The notes beneath the pieces are model-generated. The model did no database searches, had not been told where the DNA came from, and saw nothing but the letters and a program-made list of their open reading frames with translations. Shown piece after piece: positions 39,049 to 48,793 of a stretch of DNA of 57,205 nt; the first letter of the stretch is position 1; each line of letters begins with the position of its first letter. A program made the translations under genes and the position numbers. The stretch lies in contig CAYZHO010000003.1 of assembly GCA_964478045.1 (NCBI GenBank), forward strand, positions 850-58,054, read 5' to 3'. This DNA is from an uncultured Myxococcales bacterium (lineage in GTDB: Bacteria; Desulfobacterota; Binatia; UBA1149; SPBQ01).

Positions 39049-40023
39049 ATGACCACCGCCCGCCGCGTGACCGTGGTCAGCCACGGCCCGAACTGCCTCG
39101 ACGGACTCACCTGTGCCGTGGTCGCCGCTCGGTACTTCGCCGGTCGGCGCTTCGAAGCAGTGTTCGCCAGCAACAACGAAATCGACACCACTTTGCAAGA
39201 CTACAATCCAACCGATCCGAACGCCGAAGAACTCTGGATTACCGATATCTCTTGGCGCGACGGCGCCACCGACCTGCACTTGACTACGTTGGCCAACAGC
39301 GGTCTCGAACTCTATTGGATCGATCACCACAAGTCCGCGATCGAGCGCCGCCAGGCCGGCGGGTTTAACGTTCCGTTCACCGATGTCGTGCTCGACGACC
39401 GGTTCGCCGCCTCCCGGTTGCTGTTCGAATACCTGCGCGAACGCGCCGCCAAACGCGGCGAGTCCCGGCCCGGCTTACTCGCCACAGAGAACCTAGTGAT
39501 GCTCGCCGACGACGTCGACCGCTGGATTCTGCGCGACCCAAGGTCGCGCGAGCTTGCGCTCGCGGTACGAGCCATGTCCCAGGAGCAGGCTTACCGAGCG
39601 CTGCTCGCCCTGGATTCCACGATCACTTACGGCACCGAGATTCGCGAGGCTCTCAAGCGGGTCCAGGGCGAGCTCGAACGGACCCTGGCTCTAGCATCGG
39701 CCACACGCCACGTTGAGGAAGTACCGAACCGGGGGCTCCTCGTGGTCGCGGCCGAGTGCGACGGCTATGCCGGCGAAATTGCCGACCGCTGGGGTAAGGA
39801 GTTCCGCAATGCGGTCTTCGCACTGTACGATCACCGCAGCGGTAGCGTGAGTCTCAGGCGCTCCCCGGACTGCACCGTCGACTTGTCCCGCCTGGCCGCG
39901 GCCTTCGGGGGCGGCGGCCATCCGGCCGCAGCCGGGTGCCAGGTGGACGTAAGCGAAGAACGGCGCGCGCAGCGACTGGGCCGCAAGATCTGCGAGGCGC
40001 TCGCAGGGGAGCGAGACCGGTGA
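39049..40023 (+). CDS. DHH/DHHA1 family phosphoesterase
   Basis: Motifs VSHGPNCLDG (motif I variant), ITDIS, WIDHHKS (DHH) and C-terminal FGGGGHPAAAG (DHHA1 GGGH). An alternative GTG start lies at 39013. Confidence 0.75.
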   Translation: MTTARRVTVVSHGPNCLDGLTCAVVAARYFAGRRFEAVFASNNEIDTTLQDYNPTDPNAEELWITDISWRDGATDLHLTTLANSGLELYWIDHHKSAIERRQAGGFNVPFTDVVLDDRFAASRLLFEYLRERAAKRGESRPGLLATENLVMLADDVDRWILRDPRSRELALAVRAMSQEQAYRALLALDSTITYGTEIREALKRVQGELERTLALASATRHVEEVPNRGLLVVAAECDGYAGEIADRWGKEFRNAVFALYDHRSGSVSLRRSPDCTVDLSRLAAAFGGGGHPAAAGCQVDVSEERRAQRLGRKICEALAGERDR

Positions 40024-40574
40024 GCGACCCCGTCCTGCGTTTGGCGCGGCGCTACGGCACGCCCCGTTCGGTCGTTTGTTCTCTTCCCTCGGTTGACTTT
40101 CCACCGCTCAGCGAGCGGCGGCATGGCGAGGTCTGCATGGCTATTCTCCGGCCCAACGGGACGTTCCTCCTGCAGACAAAGCGCTCCTACCCGAACGCGG
40201 TCATGCGCCTGCCGTCAGGAGGCATCAAGCCCGGCGAGGACATCGAACACGCGCTGGTGCGGGAAGTATGGGAGGAGACAAACCTCGAAATCACGATCGA
40301 GCGTTTCGTGGCGGTGATGCGCTACCGCGACGAAGGCGGTCCGACAGCGTTTCGCACTTTTCTTTTTCTAGTCCGCGAAGTGGACGGGGTTCTTCGGAGC
40401 AACGATCCCCGCGAGAACATCACCGAGTGGCGAGAGGCCACGCCGGAGCAATTGCCGCTGTACGCCGCCAGGCTACGCCGGCTTCAGCCCTCATGGCGCA
40501 ATTGGGGATTGTTTCGCGCAGCGGCAATGGACGTGCTCAGCCAGCACCTTGCAACCCGAGAGGCAGCAACGTAG
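40020..40574 (+). CDS. NUDIX hydrolase
   Basis: The GTG at 40020 overlaps the DHH stop (GTGA). Nudix box: GGIKPGEDIEHALVREVWEETNL. Confidence 0.8.
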   Translation: MSDPVLRLARRYGTPRSVVCSLPSVDFPPLSERRHGEVCMAILRPNGTFLLQTKRSYPNAVMRLPSGGIKPGEDIEHALVREVWEETNLEITIERFVAVMRYRDEGGPTAFRTFLFLVREVDGVLRSNDPRENITEWREATPEQLPLYAARLRRLQPSWRNWGLFRAAAMDVLSQHLATREAAT

Positions 40575-40624
40575 ACGGCCTGTTGGTCTCGCACCAGTGG
40601 TGAAGTCTTGGGGGTAGGAAGACC

Positions 40625-41038
40625 GTGTCGCCCACCTGCACGCATATTGCGATTCACGCGCGCGACATCGATCGTTCGGTGTTGTTTTACCAGCGCTATG
40701 CTGGGCTGACCGTAATACACCGGCGCGCCGAAAGCCGGACGACGGTCGTGTGGCTGGCCGAACCCGAACGCGGCGCGGCCGGCGTGGTCATCGTCCTGCT
40801 GGGTATGTCCCACGCCGAACCCGCCGATCCCCCGCCCTTGGCTCACATCGGCTACGCGGTAGCGAGCCGTAGCGAGGTGGACCGAATCGCTGCGATGGCC
40901 AGAGAGGACGGGATCTTGGTTGAGCCGCCGCGCGACGCCGGCCCGATCGTTGGCTACTTCTGCATCGTCGCAGACCCAGACGGCAATCGGGTGGAGTTCT
41001 CCTACGGGCAGAAGCTGGGACCAACGGCCGGGGAGTAG
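40625..41038 (+). CDS. VOC family protein (glyoxalase/bleomycin-resistance/dioxygenase fold)
   Basis: THIAIHARDIDRSVLFYQRYAGL...HIGYAV....VD..A......G......P......YFCIVADPDGNRVEFSYG. Confidence 0.8.
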   Translation: MSPTCTHIAIHARDIDRSVLFYQRYAGLTVIHRRAESRTTVVWLAEPERGAAGVVIVLLGMSHAEPADPPPLAHIGYAVASRSEVDRIAAMAREDGILVEPPRDAGPIVGYFCIVADPDGNRVEFSYGQKLGPTAGE

Positions 41039-41045
41039 CTTTTCC

Positions 41046-42011
41046 TCAGCTTTTTGCCTGCGGCGCGTCGTGCACGACGATCGCTCGAGTACGCCGCACA
41101 GCGTCGAGATCGCCCGCGCTAACGACCGTTAGCTCGGGCACCAAACGTGCCAGCAGCTTGATCCTCCACACGGTCTCCCACCACTCGGCGGGATCTTCTG
41201 CAAACGGAGGCATCACTGCATACCGCCATGCCGCGTCCGTCCACGCTGCGTGGCCGGTCACCAAGATCGGGCCGCCAGCCGAATGGACTAGTAACCCGAT
41301 GTTTCCGCGGCGGTGTCCGGGCAATGCCACCACTTGAACGGATCCATCGCCGAGCAAGTCGTAGTGCCCCGTAAACGTGGCGTAAGGACCCTCACTCTTC
41401 GGGTCGATCACCAACCACCGCGAGCCCACGGCATCGAGATCCGACCAGTTCGAAAACAACGCCGGCGGGCGCTCGAGCCATCGCGCATGCTCCGAGCGCG
41501 TGACAACGACCCGCGCTCGCGGAAACTCGCTCGCCGCCCCGGTGTGATCGAAGTGAAGATCCGAGAGCACCACGAACTCGACCGCCCTCGCGTCGAGCCC
41601 CGCCCGAGCGAGCGCATCGAGGAATGATCGGCGTTCCACAACAATGGCCGGCTGAACGAGGCCGGCCAGGCCATCCTCAGCGGGCTTCACCCCGGTGTCG
41701 AACACCACTCGAGGCTTGCCACCCACGGTAACGGCGACCGCCGTGATCGCAAGTTCTTCCAATCCCAGCCCGGCGCGCCGGTAAAGTAGCGCCCGCGGGA
41801 GACGAGCCCGCCCGAGGCGGAAGACATGGACCTCGACCTGAGGTGCCGGCGCGGCTCGCCACCCGTGAAGCTTCGGTTCCAGATAGGGAACCTGCAATGG
41901 GCGCGCGCACGCCGGTATTCCGGCGATCGCCAGCACTATGGCGGCTGCCGCGGCGCGCTGTGCTAGGACCAGTAACAGTTGAACGGGTCGCGTGAGATTT
42001 CGGCCAGGCAA
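41046..42011 (-). CDS. MBL-fold metallo-hydrolase (lactonase-like), probably exported
   Basis: Motifs VVLSDLHFDHTGAASEF (an HxHxDH variant reading DLHFDH), ALPGHRRGNIG and VTGHAAW. The start is uncertain. The TTG at 42011 gives a signal-peptide-like LPGRNLTRPVQLLLVLAQRAAAAAIVLAIAGIPACA. The 397-aa ORF to 42239 overlaps the upstream gene. Confidence 0.7.
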   Translation of the reverse strand: MPGRNLTRPVQLLLVLAQRAAAAAIVLAIAGIPACARPLQVPYLEPKLHGWRAAPAPQVEVHVFRLGRARLPRALLYRRAGLGLEELAITAVAVTVGGKPRVVFDTGVKPAEDGLAGLVQPAIVVERRSFLDALARAGLDARAVEFVVLSDLHFDHTGAASEFPRARVVVTRSEHARWLERPPALFSNWSDLDAVGSRWLVIDPKSEGPYATFTGHYDLLGDGSVQVVALPGHRRGNIGLLVHSAGGPILVTGHAAWTDAAWRYAVMPPFAEDPAEWWETVWRIKLLARLVPELTVVSAGDLDAVRRTRAIVVHDAPQAKS

Positions 42012-42325
42012 TCGGCAAGGGACCCGACGAACGGATCGCCGTGACCGTCGTAGTAAGCCGTCCAGCGTCCGTTGCCTTTCTTCCAGAAGAGGCTGTAGGC
42101 CCAGCCCTCCGGCCGCAACTGGGCAATGCGCCGGTCGATCGTCTCCCCGGTACAGCCGTCGCGGACGCGGTGCACGATCGTGATGACGCCGTTGCTGTTC
42201 GTCCGGGCGAGCAAGACGCCGCGCGGGCCGATACGCCAACCGAGCGTGCGCCGCACGAAAAACGGCACGAAGTCGTGAACGGCGCCGGTGCGCTGCGATT
42301 TCCGAGATGCGGACGTTCGTGCCAT
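41963..42325 (-). CDS. DUF3024-like small protein
   Basis: The ATG at 42325 starts the gene. WAYSLFWKKGNGRWTAYYDGHGDPFVGSLADCLAEISRDPFNCYW matches my recollection of the DUF3024 C-terminal signature (W.lyw.drn.kW..y...g.l...l.eid.DP...FWG). Confidence 0.55.
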   Translation of the reverse strand: MARTSASRKSQRTGAVHDFVPFFVRRTLGWRIGPRGVLLARTNSNGVITIVHRVRDGCTGETIDRRIAQLRPEGWAYSLFWKKGNGRWTAYYDGHGDPFVGSLADCLAEISRDPFNCYWS

Positions 42326-42471
42326 ACGTTGTTCAACATACAGAGGGACGAATGGATCGGCAACTGCGTCCGCTTCCCCGGTAACCCGAACGGGGGCCGA
42401 AGCGCCCCTTGCGAGTGCGGGCCGGGAGGCTGTCCGAAGCAACGAGGGCAGACACGGCAAGGTAACGTTGC

Positions 42472-43572
42472 ATGGGAAACGAGTCTCGCACGCACAAGCG
42501 ACGCGTGGCAATCGTCGGGGCAACAGGCGTGGCCGGCCAGCAGTTCGCCGCTGCTCTCGCCACGCATCCATGGTTCACTGTCACTCGGCTGGGGGCCTCT
42601 GAGCGATCCGCTGGCAAGCGCTACCGCGATGCCTTGCGCGACCCCAACACGGGGCAAGTTCGGTGGTGGGCCGAGGGAGACCCACCGGCACAGTTGGCCG
42701 ACCTCGTTGTCGAAGAAGCGAGCAGCCTTTCCCTCGACGATGTCGACCTCGTATTCTCGGCCGTTGAGTCCGACGCTGCACGAGTACTCGAGCCGCGTTA
42801 CGCGCAGACCACGCCGGTCGTCAGTACCGCTTCCGCCTTCCGCTACGAACCCGATGTGCCCCTTGTCCTTCCGGGCGTCAGCTTCGAGCATGCGCGGCTC
42901 GTGCGCTGGCAGCAACGGCGGCGAAAGTGGCGCGGATACATACTGCCCCAGCCCAACTGCACCGTTACCGGACTCGCCATCACGCTCCGCCCGCTCCACC
43001 AAGCCTTCGGGATCAAGCGCGTCTCGATGGTCTCCATGCAGGGGATATCGGGAGCCGGAAGGTCCCCGGGGGTTGCCGCGCTCGACGCAATCGACAACAT
43101 CATTCCTTACATTCCCAAGGAAGAAGAAAAGGTCGCAGCAGAGGCCCGCAAACTGCTCGGCCGCTTGACCGCGCGCGGCATCGAGGAGGCTACGATCAAT
43201 GTCTCGGCCACCTGCACGCGCGCTCCGGTACTCGAAGGGCATACCGAGGTCGTCTCCGTCGAACTTGCTCGGGCCGCTTCCTGCCAGGAAGCCGTGGCTG
43301 CTTGGCGGCGCGCCAACCGTCTCGCTTCACGCCTCGCTCTGCCCTCCATGCCTCGCGAACTGATCCGCGTCCACGACGACCCGTTCCGCCCGCAGCCGCG
43401 CCTCGACCGGGAGGCGGGCGATGGCATGACGACGTCGATTGGTCGCGTCCGCCCAGAGCCGCTGTTCCGCAATGGGATCAAATACGTTTTAGTCTCCCAC
43501 AACACCAAGATGGGTGCGGCTAAAGGCGCGATTTTGGTCGCGGAGTATCTCGTGGCCAAAGGGTTCGCTTGA
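42472..43572 (+). CDS. asd: aspartate-semialdehyde dehydrogenase
   Basis: VAIVGATGVAGQQF Rossmann motif, active-site PNCTVTGL, and SHNTKMGAAKGAILVAEYL near the C-terminus. Confidence 0.92.
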   Translation: MGNESRTHKRRVAIVGATGVAGQQFAAALATHPWFTVTRLGASERSAGKRYRDALRDPNTGQVRWWAEGDPPAQLADLVVEEASSLSLDDVDLVFSAVESDAARVLEPRYAQTTPVVSTASAFRYEPDVPLVLPGVSFEHARLVRWQQRRRKWRGYILPQPNCTVTGLAITLRPLHQAFGIKRVSMVSMQGISGAGRSPGVAALDAIDNIIPYIPKEEEKVAAEARKLLGRLTARGIEEATINVSATCTRAPVLEGHTEVVSVELARAASCQEAVAAWRRANRLASRLALPSMPRELIRVHDDPFRPQPRLDREAGDGMTTSIGRVRPEPLFRNGIKYVLVSHNTKMGAAKGAILVAEYLVAKGFA

Positions 43573-43711
43573 GAACGCGGCGCGCGGATGGGCACGCGGC
43601 GCGCGCCAGAGCCATCAAAGGGCGGCGGCGAAAGGAAAAAAGCAACCGAATGACGTTGCAGTTGAGGCCGCAACCTCAGTAGCGCAGCGCAGCATCCGTC
43701 ATTTCGGCCCG

Positions 43712-43740
43712 AAAAAACCCGTTCTTCCGGAACGGTTTTC
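43712..43740 (+). terminator. rho-independent terminator ~140 nt downstream of asd
   Basis: An A-run (43712-43717), then the stem CCGTTC (43719-43724) / GAACGG (43730-43735) with a 5-nt loop, then TTTT (43736-43739). Confidence 0.55.
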
Positions 43741-43770
43741 GTGCTTACATTCGAAAGTACCGAAGGAACC

Positions 43771-44667
43771 ATGGCTCGACGTCGGGGAAGGTTTTCGCGC
43801 TGGTTGATCGACTTCATCACGAAGCTGCTCATCAAAGAGCACGAGGGATACGTCCAGCGCTTTCCGCACGATCCCCGCAGGCTCCGGGAGGTGCTTCGGC
43901 CCGGCGACGTCATCCTCGTGGAAGGGTCGCAACGGATCAGCGAAGTGATCAAGTATCTGACGCAGAGCTCGTGGTCTCACGCCGCGCTGTACGTAGGCGA
44001 CGCCCTCCTGCGCGGCGATCCGGAGCGGGCCCGCCGCGTGCGCGAGCGCTATGGCGACGAAGCCGACGCGCTATTGGTCGAAGCCACCGTAGAAGAAGGA
44101 GTAGCCCCCGCGCCCCTGTCCAAGTATGCGCGTCACAACATCCGAATCTGCCGGCCGGTCAACCTGAGGCCTCGTGACCTCGAGACGGTTTTGGATACCG
44201 TCATCGGGCAGATCGGCCATCCATACAACGTGGACCACGTCCTCGACCTGATGCGCTACTTGTTCCCGGTACACTTGATTCCGCGCCGCTGGCGCCGCAC
44301 TGCCCTCGAGCACGCCGGTCGCTACTCGCGAGAAGTGATCTGCTCCGCGCAGATTGCGATGGCGTTCCAGAAAGTGCGCTACCCGATCCTACCCGTGATC
44401 GACGGCCGCGAGACTGCCACGGTGGTGGCCCCGCGATCGTGGTTGGACCGGTATTTGCGCAGGCGCCGCCATTCCGAGGGAGTCTACCGGCCCTGCGACC
44501 CCATGCTGATCACTCCTCGCGACTTCGACTTGTCTCCTTACTTCGAGATCGTCAAGCTTCCGCTCAGCACGAAACCACGGTTCGATTACAAGCGCATCGT
44601 CTGGTCGGAACCGGTAGACGAACATCCCGCCGCCGAACCAGAAGCGAAGAGCGAACAGGCCGCGTGA
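43771..44667 (+). CDS. putative permuted papain-like hydrolase (YiiX/YaeF, peptidase C92-like)
   Basis: The ATG at 43771 follows GAAGGA. LRPGDVILVEGSQRISEVIKYLTQSSWSHAALYVGD fits the GD.l........I...T.s..sH....vG pattern, and a downstream VICSAQIAMAF supplies a candidate Cys. The family call is tentative. Confidence 0.45.
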   Translation: MARRRGRFSRWLIDFITKLLIKEHEGYVQRFPHDPRRLREVLRPGDVILVEGSQRISEVIKYLTQSSWSHAALYVGDALLRGDPERARRVRERYGDEADALLVEATVEEGVAPAPLSKYARHNIRICRPVNLRPRDLETVLDTVIGQIGHPYNVDHVLDLMRYLFPVHLIPRRWRRTALEHAGRYSREVICSAQIAMAFQKVRYPILPVIDGRETATVVAPRSWLDRYLRRRRHSEGVYRPCDPMLITPRDFDLSPYFEIVKLPLSTKPRFDYKRIVWSEPVDEHPAAEPEAKSEQAA

Positions 44668-44793
44668 GCCGCATGATCGCCGCCGGTGGCGGGGCATTTG
44701 GGCTCACGGGCGGCTTGCTGCGCGGCCGCCCCGGCGCGCGGCTTAGCGGCCGCTAATGCACGCGCGAACCGGGCAGGCTAGGATTGGCCTTCG

Positions 44794-46509
44794 ATGTCCA
44801 CCCGCAGACTGCCTGAGGAGGGGACCGCCAGTGTCCCCCCGTACGCGATCGCCTTCGTGCTCGGGTTGGCCCTATTGGTCTATTGCCCGGCGATCGCTGG
44901 CGTGCCGTTCTACACGAAGGGTGAACCTCGCGAGGCGATCGTAGTCCAAGCCATCCTCGACCAGCACGCTTGGATCCTGCCGCTACGCAACGGGAACGAG
45001 ATACCGTCGAAGCCACCGCTGTTTCACTGGCTCGGGGCCGCAGCGAGCATTTTGGCCGGCCGCATCGATGAAACCACTGTGCGCCTCCCTTCGGTGCTCG
45101 CTTCTCTGGCCGCTGTCGTTCTGACCGCCCGGGCCGGCGCGTGGGCTTTTGGCCCGACCGCCGGCTGGCTTGCCGGGGCCGTACTGGCGACCGCCGCTCA
45201 ATGGGTCGCCTCTTCGACCACGGCCCGCGTGGACATGACGCTCACCGCTGCGCTGACCTGGGCCTTCATCGCGGCTTGGCGAGCACTAGAGACAGGCCCC
45301 GGGAGACTGCCCGCAACGTTCTTTCTGGCTTCGGCCGCGGCCGTGCTGGCGAAAGGGCCCGTGGGAATCGCGCTGCCCGTTGTGGTGCTCGCCTGCTACT
45401 TGCTCCTCGGTCCCAGCCGAGCGGCAGCCTCTTTGTTCACGCCACGACTGCCGGCCTTGTTCTGGCTGGTGCCGATCGCCTGGTACGGCGCAGCCGCGTA
45501 CTTGGGCGGCCGCCCTTTCATAGACAAGCTGATCTTCAAGGAAAACGTGTATCGTGTTCTCGATCCCAACGCCGTCGGGGCCGGCCACGTCCACAGCGCT
45601 CTTTACTACGTTCCCGCCTTAGCCGCTGGCGTCGCCCCTTGGAGCCTAGTGCTCCCGTGGGTTGCCTGGGATCTCTGGCGCGAGCGCAAAGAGCTGAATC
45701 GCTGCCGATACCCCATTGTTTGGGGAGTTGCTACGCTCGCATTCTTCGCCGTAGCTGGCTCCAAGCGTGGGGTTTATCTCCTACCGGCCTACCCCGCATT
45801 CGCCTTGTTGACCGGCCGGTGGCTGGCCCTTCGGCTCGCCCGGCCCTCATCAAAGACAGCGCGCCGCCTATGGTTGCCTGCGGCCGCTATGGTCGTTCCG
45901 GCGCTGATGGGGCTCTTGTTGGCCACCGGGGTTCCGGTCGGCCCCATGGTCGAGCCGTTCCTCAGCCGGAGCGACGCCGCCAACTTCGCTGCGCTACAAA
46001 GTGCCTTGAGCGGCGCCGGCACCCTCTGCGGACTATGGCTAGCAGTGGCGTGCCTGCTGGCCGCCACGTCGCGCCAGTTGGCCCAGAGGAAGCGGTTGGC
46101 TGCTGCCGTTGGGTGCACCATCGCCGCCGTTGCAATCACCGAAGCTGGAATCGCAGCGACGATTCACCGGCAATTGGCAGAAACGCAATCGGCAGCACCA
46201 CTGTACCGCCGCGTGGGAGCGCAGATGCCCTCGGGCGAACGCCTGTACTTTTACGGCGGCTTCGACTATGCGGCGGTATTCTACACGCGCCACGTGGTGG
46301 AACCGGTGCATAGCCTCGACGAAATCCGTCCCGCCCGGGGGGCCTGGGTCTTCCTGCAGGCGCCTTTGTTTGAGCGGCTGCGGCATGAGATCGCCAGGAA
46401 CGGGCTTGGGCTACGCCCCGAGGTAAAGGGTAGGTTCGACTATCACGGCAATCCCCGCAGAGCGCCGCTCCTGTGCGTGCGGCTGGTAGAGGGGGCAGTC
46501 CATGGGTAA
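44794..46509 (+). CDS. glycosyltransferase family 39/83 (ArnT/PMT-like, polyprenyl-phosphate-sugar dependent)
   Basis: At least 10 TM helices. The first periplasmic loop, FYTKGEPREAIVVQAILDQHAWILPLRNGNEIPSKPPLFHWL, is typical of ArnT-like GT-C enzymes. Confidence 0.8.
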   Translation: MSTRRLPEEGTASVPPYAIAFVLGLALLVYCPAIAGVPFYTKGEPREAIVVQAILDQHAWILPLRNGNEIPSKPPLFHWLGAAASILAGRIDETTVRLPSVLASLAAVVLTARAGAWAFGPTAGWLAGAVLATAAQWVASSTTARVDMTLTAALTWAFIAAWRALETGPGRLPATFFLASAAAVLAKGPVGIALPVVVLACYLLLGPSRAAASLFTPRLPALFWLVPIAWYGAAAYLGGRPFIDKLIFKENVYRVLDPNAVGAGHVHSALYYVPALAAGVAPWSLVLPWVAWDLWRERKELNRCRYPIVWGVATLAFFAVAGSKRGVYLLPAYPAFALLTGRWLALRLARPSSKTARRLWLPAAAMVVPALMGLLLATGVPVGPMVEPFLSRSDAANFAALQSALSGAGTLCGLWLAVACLLAATSRQLAQRKRLAAAVGCTIAAVAITEAGIAATIHRQLAETQSAAPLYRRVGAQMPSGERLYFYGGFDYAAVFYTRHVVEPVHSLDEIRPARGAWVFLQAPLFERLRHEIARNGLGLRPEVKGRFDYHGNPRRAPLLCVRLVEGAVHG

Positions 46510-47854
46510 CCCGGCTGAAATCGAGGCAGCCCGCAAGGACGAGCTCGTAGTTCGCGCCGCCCGGGGCGATCTCGAAGGTGCCGAGCGCATTCTGGCCGAG
46601 CTGCACCCAGCCGACATTGCCGAGGTTATAGACGCCCTTGAGAACGTCGACGACCGGCTGCGACTGTTCGCGCTGCTCGACGGCGAGGCGGCCTCGGCCG
46701 TCATCCGCGAACTGAGCGAGGAAACTCGGGCAGAGCTGGCGGCACATCTGACGGACGCCCGCTTAGGCAGCATCGTCGAGCACCTCGACACCGACGACGC
46801 CACCGATCTGCTCGCCGAACTGCCCCTGGAACGCCAGGAGAACCTACTGCGGCGCACGAGCCCGGAAACGAGGCGAGACGTCGAGGAGCTGCTGGCCTAC
46901 CCGGAGGACACGGCCGGCGGGATCATGAAAACCGAGGTCGCCCGGGTGACGGCCGACGCCACCGTCGCCGAGGTGACCGAATACATTCGCAAACATGCCG
47001 ATCAGTTCCACGACATCCACAACGTTTTCGTCACGGACCAGAAGGGACGTCTAGTTGGAATCGTTCCCTTGCGGCGCCTGATCCTGGCGAGCGACTTCAC
47101 TCCGGTCGAGCGAATCATGGACCGCGACGTCATTGCGGTGCGGGCCGACGTGGACCAGGAAGAAGTCGCACACCTGTTCGAAAAGTACGATCTCGTTTCG
47201 CTGCCCGTGGTCGATTCGCTCGGCTGCCTGGTCGGCCGCATCACGATCGACGACGTTGTCGACGTAATCGAAGAGGAAGCGACCGAAGACATCCTAGGCC
47301 TCGGCGGCGTCGCCGGCGAAGCCATGGACGTCACGAACACGTGGGAAAACCTCCGCCGGCGGCTCCCCTGGCTTGCGCTGAATCTTCTTACCGCCGCGGC
47401 CGGTGCCATCACGATCGCCCAATTCGAAAAAACCATCCAGACGGTTGCCATTGCCGCCGCGCTCATGACGATCGTTGCCTCCCAGGGGGGTTGCTCGGGA
47501 GTCCAAACCATGACCCTGATCGTCCGCGGTCTCGCACTCGGCGACGTGAAGCCAGGACAAATACTGCGCATCCTCGGGAAACAACTTCTCGTGGCGGCAG
47601 CTAGCGGGATCGTGCTAGGCGCCGCCTCCGGGCTGGCTGTGTACCTGTGGCGCCACGACGGTCACCTCAGTGCGGCATTCGCGGCCGCACTCCTACTCAA
47701 CCACCTGATCGCCGTCGTGATCGGGACCGTGGTTCCTTTGGGCCTCAAGCTCGTCGGGGTGGATCCCGCTGTCTCGTCGAACGTGTTCGTCACTGCCAGT
47801 ACGGACCTGCTCGGTTTCTTCGTCTTTCTCGGCTTACTGTCGGCCCTAGTGTAG
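46502..47854 (+). CDS. mgtE: magnesium transporter MgtE
   Basis: MgtE N-domain (LHPADIAEVIDAL), a CBS pair (PEDTAGGIMKTE...LPVVD) and a C-terminal 5-TM channel domain. There is an 8-nt overlap with the GT39 gene. Confidence 0.92.
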   Translation: MGNPAEIEAARKDELVVRAARGDLEGAERILAELHPADIAEVIDALENVDDRLRLFALLDGEAASAVIRELSEETRAELAAHLTDARLGSIVEHLDTDDATDLLAELPLERQENLLRRTSPETRRDVEELLAYPEDTAGGIMKTEVARVTADATVAEVTEYIRKHADQFHDIHNVFVTDQKGRLVGIVPLRRLILASDFTPVERIMDRDVIAVRADVDQEEVAHLFEKYDLVSLPVVDSLGCLVGRITIDDVVDVIEEEATEDILGLGGVAGEAMDVTNTWENLRRRLPWLALNLLTAAAGAITIAQFEKTIQTVAIAAALMTIVASQGGCSGVQTMTLIVRGLALGDVKPGQILRILGKQLLVAAASGIVLGAASGLAVYLWRHDGHLSAAFAAALLLNHLIAVVIGTVVPLGLKLVGVDPAVSSNVFVTASTDLLGFFVFLGLLSALV

Positions 47855-47860
47855 GGGCGG

Positions 47861-48709
47861 CTAGTCCGGCACGCGCCCCTCGGCAAGGTCGCGGTAGGAG
47901 ATCAGCTCGATTTTCGCCGCATCGATCGCGTCACGTACCAGCTCGCTCACGACCACTGCTGCTTCACCGGGGCCGTCGTAGCGCGGCGCGAGCGAACCAG
48001 GGTGACACACCAGCTCGGTCACGCCCGGCCGGAGTCTGCGCAGCCGCCCCGCAACTCCGGATTCGGTAACGGGCCGCTCGAGCGCCAGAGGTTCGACCCG
48101 GTCGGGCCCGGCGAACCGCCGCGACCGCAGTCTGCCCCACGCCAGCACCGGGCGCATGGCAACACGCTCGACCGCCCGCTGGAGCGGTGAGTGCGACAAG
48201 GGCACCGTCCACCGCAAGAGCTTGCCGCAGGGCTTGCGAATGGCCGAAATCGGATAGTCGCACGCAAGCTCCTCGAGGATCTCGACGATAGTCGGGTGCA
48301 GGTGCAGGTGGTGATGGGACGAGACAAAGCTCAGGAACAGACCCGCGGCGAGGAACTTCTCGAGCTGGGCTCGGATCTCTGCCTTCAGCTCATCCCGCAA
48401 ACCGGCGCGCCGCCGGTACAGCCAGGCTGCTTCCAGCGGCGAATCCGGAAACCTGCCGCTTCGATCGACAAGATTCGGGATGTGCCGATGCGGCAGAGTG
48501 GCCCGCCCGTCGCAGAGGACGAGCTGCAAACCGACGTCGAGGTCGCTGCGCGCCGCTGCCGCAACCATCGCGGCGTCAGCCGCCGGAGCCGACACGCGGA
48601 GAGCGGCGCTGGTAACGATACCGGCGTCGCACCCGGCAAGAACGGCATCGTTCACCTCCGGCCACAGCCCAAAGTCGTCGGCTGTGATGATGGCGGCTTT
48701 CCTCTTCAC
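47861..48709 (-). CDS. ChbG/HpnK (YdjC-like) family carbohydrate deacetylase
   Basis: AAIITADDFGLWPEVNDAVLAGCDAGIVTSAALRV N-terminus and HHHLHLHP, typical of the YdjC family. Confidence 0.75.
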   Translation of the reverse strand: MKRKAAIITADDFGLWPEVNDAVLAGCDAGIVTSAALRVSAPAADAAMVAAAARSDLDVGLQLVLCDGRATLPHRHIPNLVDRSGRFPDSPLEAAWLYRRRAGLRDELKAEIRAQLEKFLAAGLFLSFVSSHHHLHLHPTIVEILEELACDYPISAIRKPCGKLLRWTVPLSHSPLQRAVERVAMRPVLAWGRLRSRRFAGPDRVEPLALERPVTESGVAGRLRRLRPGVTELVCHPGSLAPRYDGPGEAAVVVSELVRDAIDAAKIELISYRDLAEGRVPD

Positions 48710-48793
48710 GCTGTCGGGAGTCCGCTGGCGGCCCGCTGCGGCAAGTCGTTGAAGCCCCTGCGGCGCGCGGGCCGGCGCCAGGAGTTAGCGATA

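Noticed and set aside
39049-40574. The DHH phosphoesterase (motif I reads NCLDG rather than DGD) coupled to a NUDIX hydrolase, considered as a possible cyclic or oligonucleotide signal-degrading module.
   Set aside because: - Only a GTGA start/stop overlap and generic family motifs support this.
- Both families are common housekeeping enzymes.
- No cyclase, effector or sensor lies nearby.
43575-43607. A 12-nt direct repeat, ACGCGGCGCGCG, at 43575-43586 and 43594-43605 downstream of asd. It can also fold as an 8-bp GC stem (43579-43586 with 43600-43607).
   Set aside because: - It is short, pure CG-rich low-complexity sequence in a GC-rich genome.
- It has no T-tract.
- I saw no second occurrence elsewhere in the window.
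- This is insufficient to call a regulatory site or repeat family.
46440-46510. A possible M-box (Mg2+) riboswitch upstream of mgtE.
   Set aside because: - mgtE overlaps the preceding GT39 gene by 8 nt.
- There is no leader in which a riboswitch could reside.
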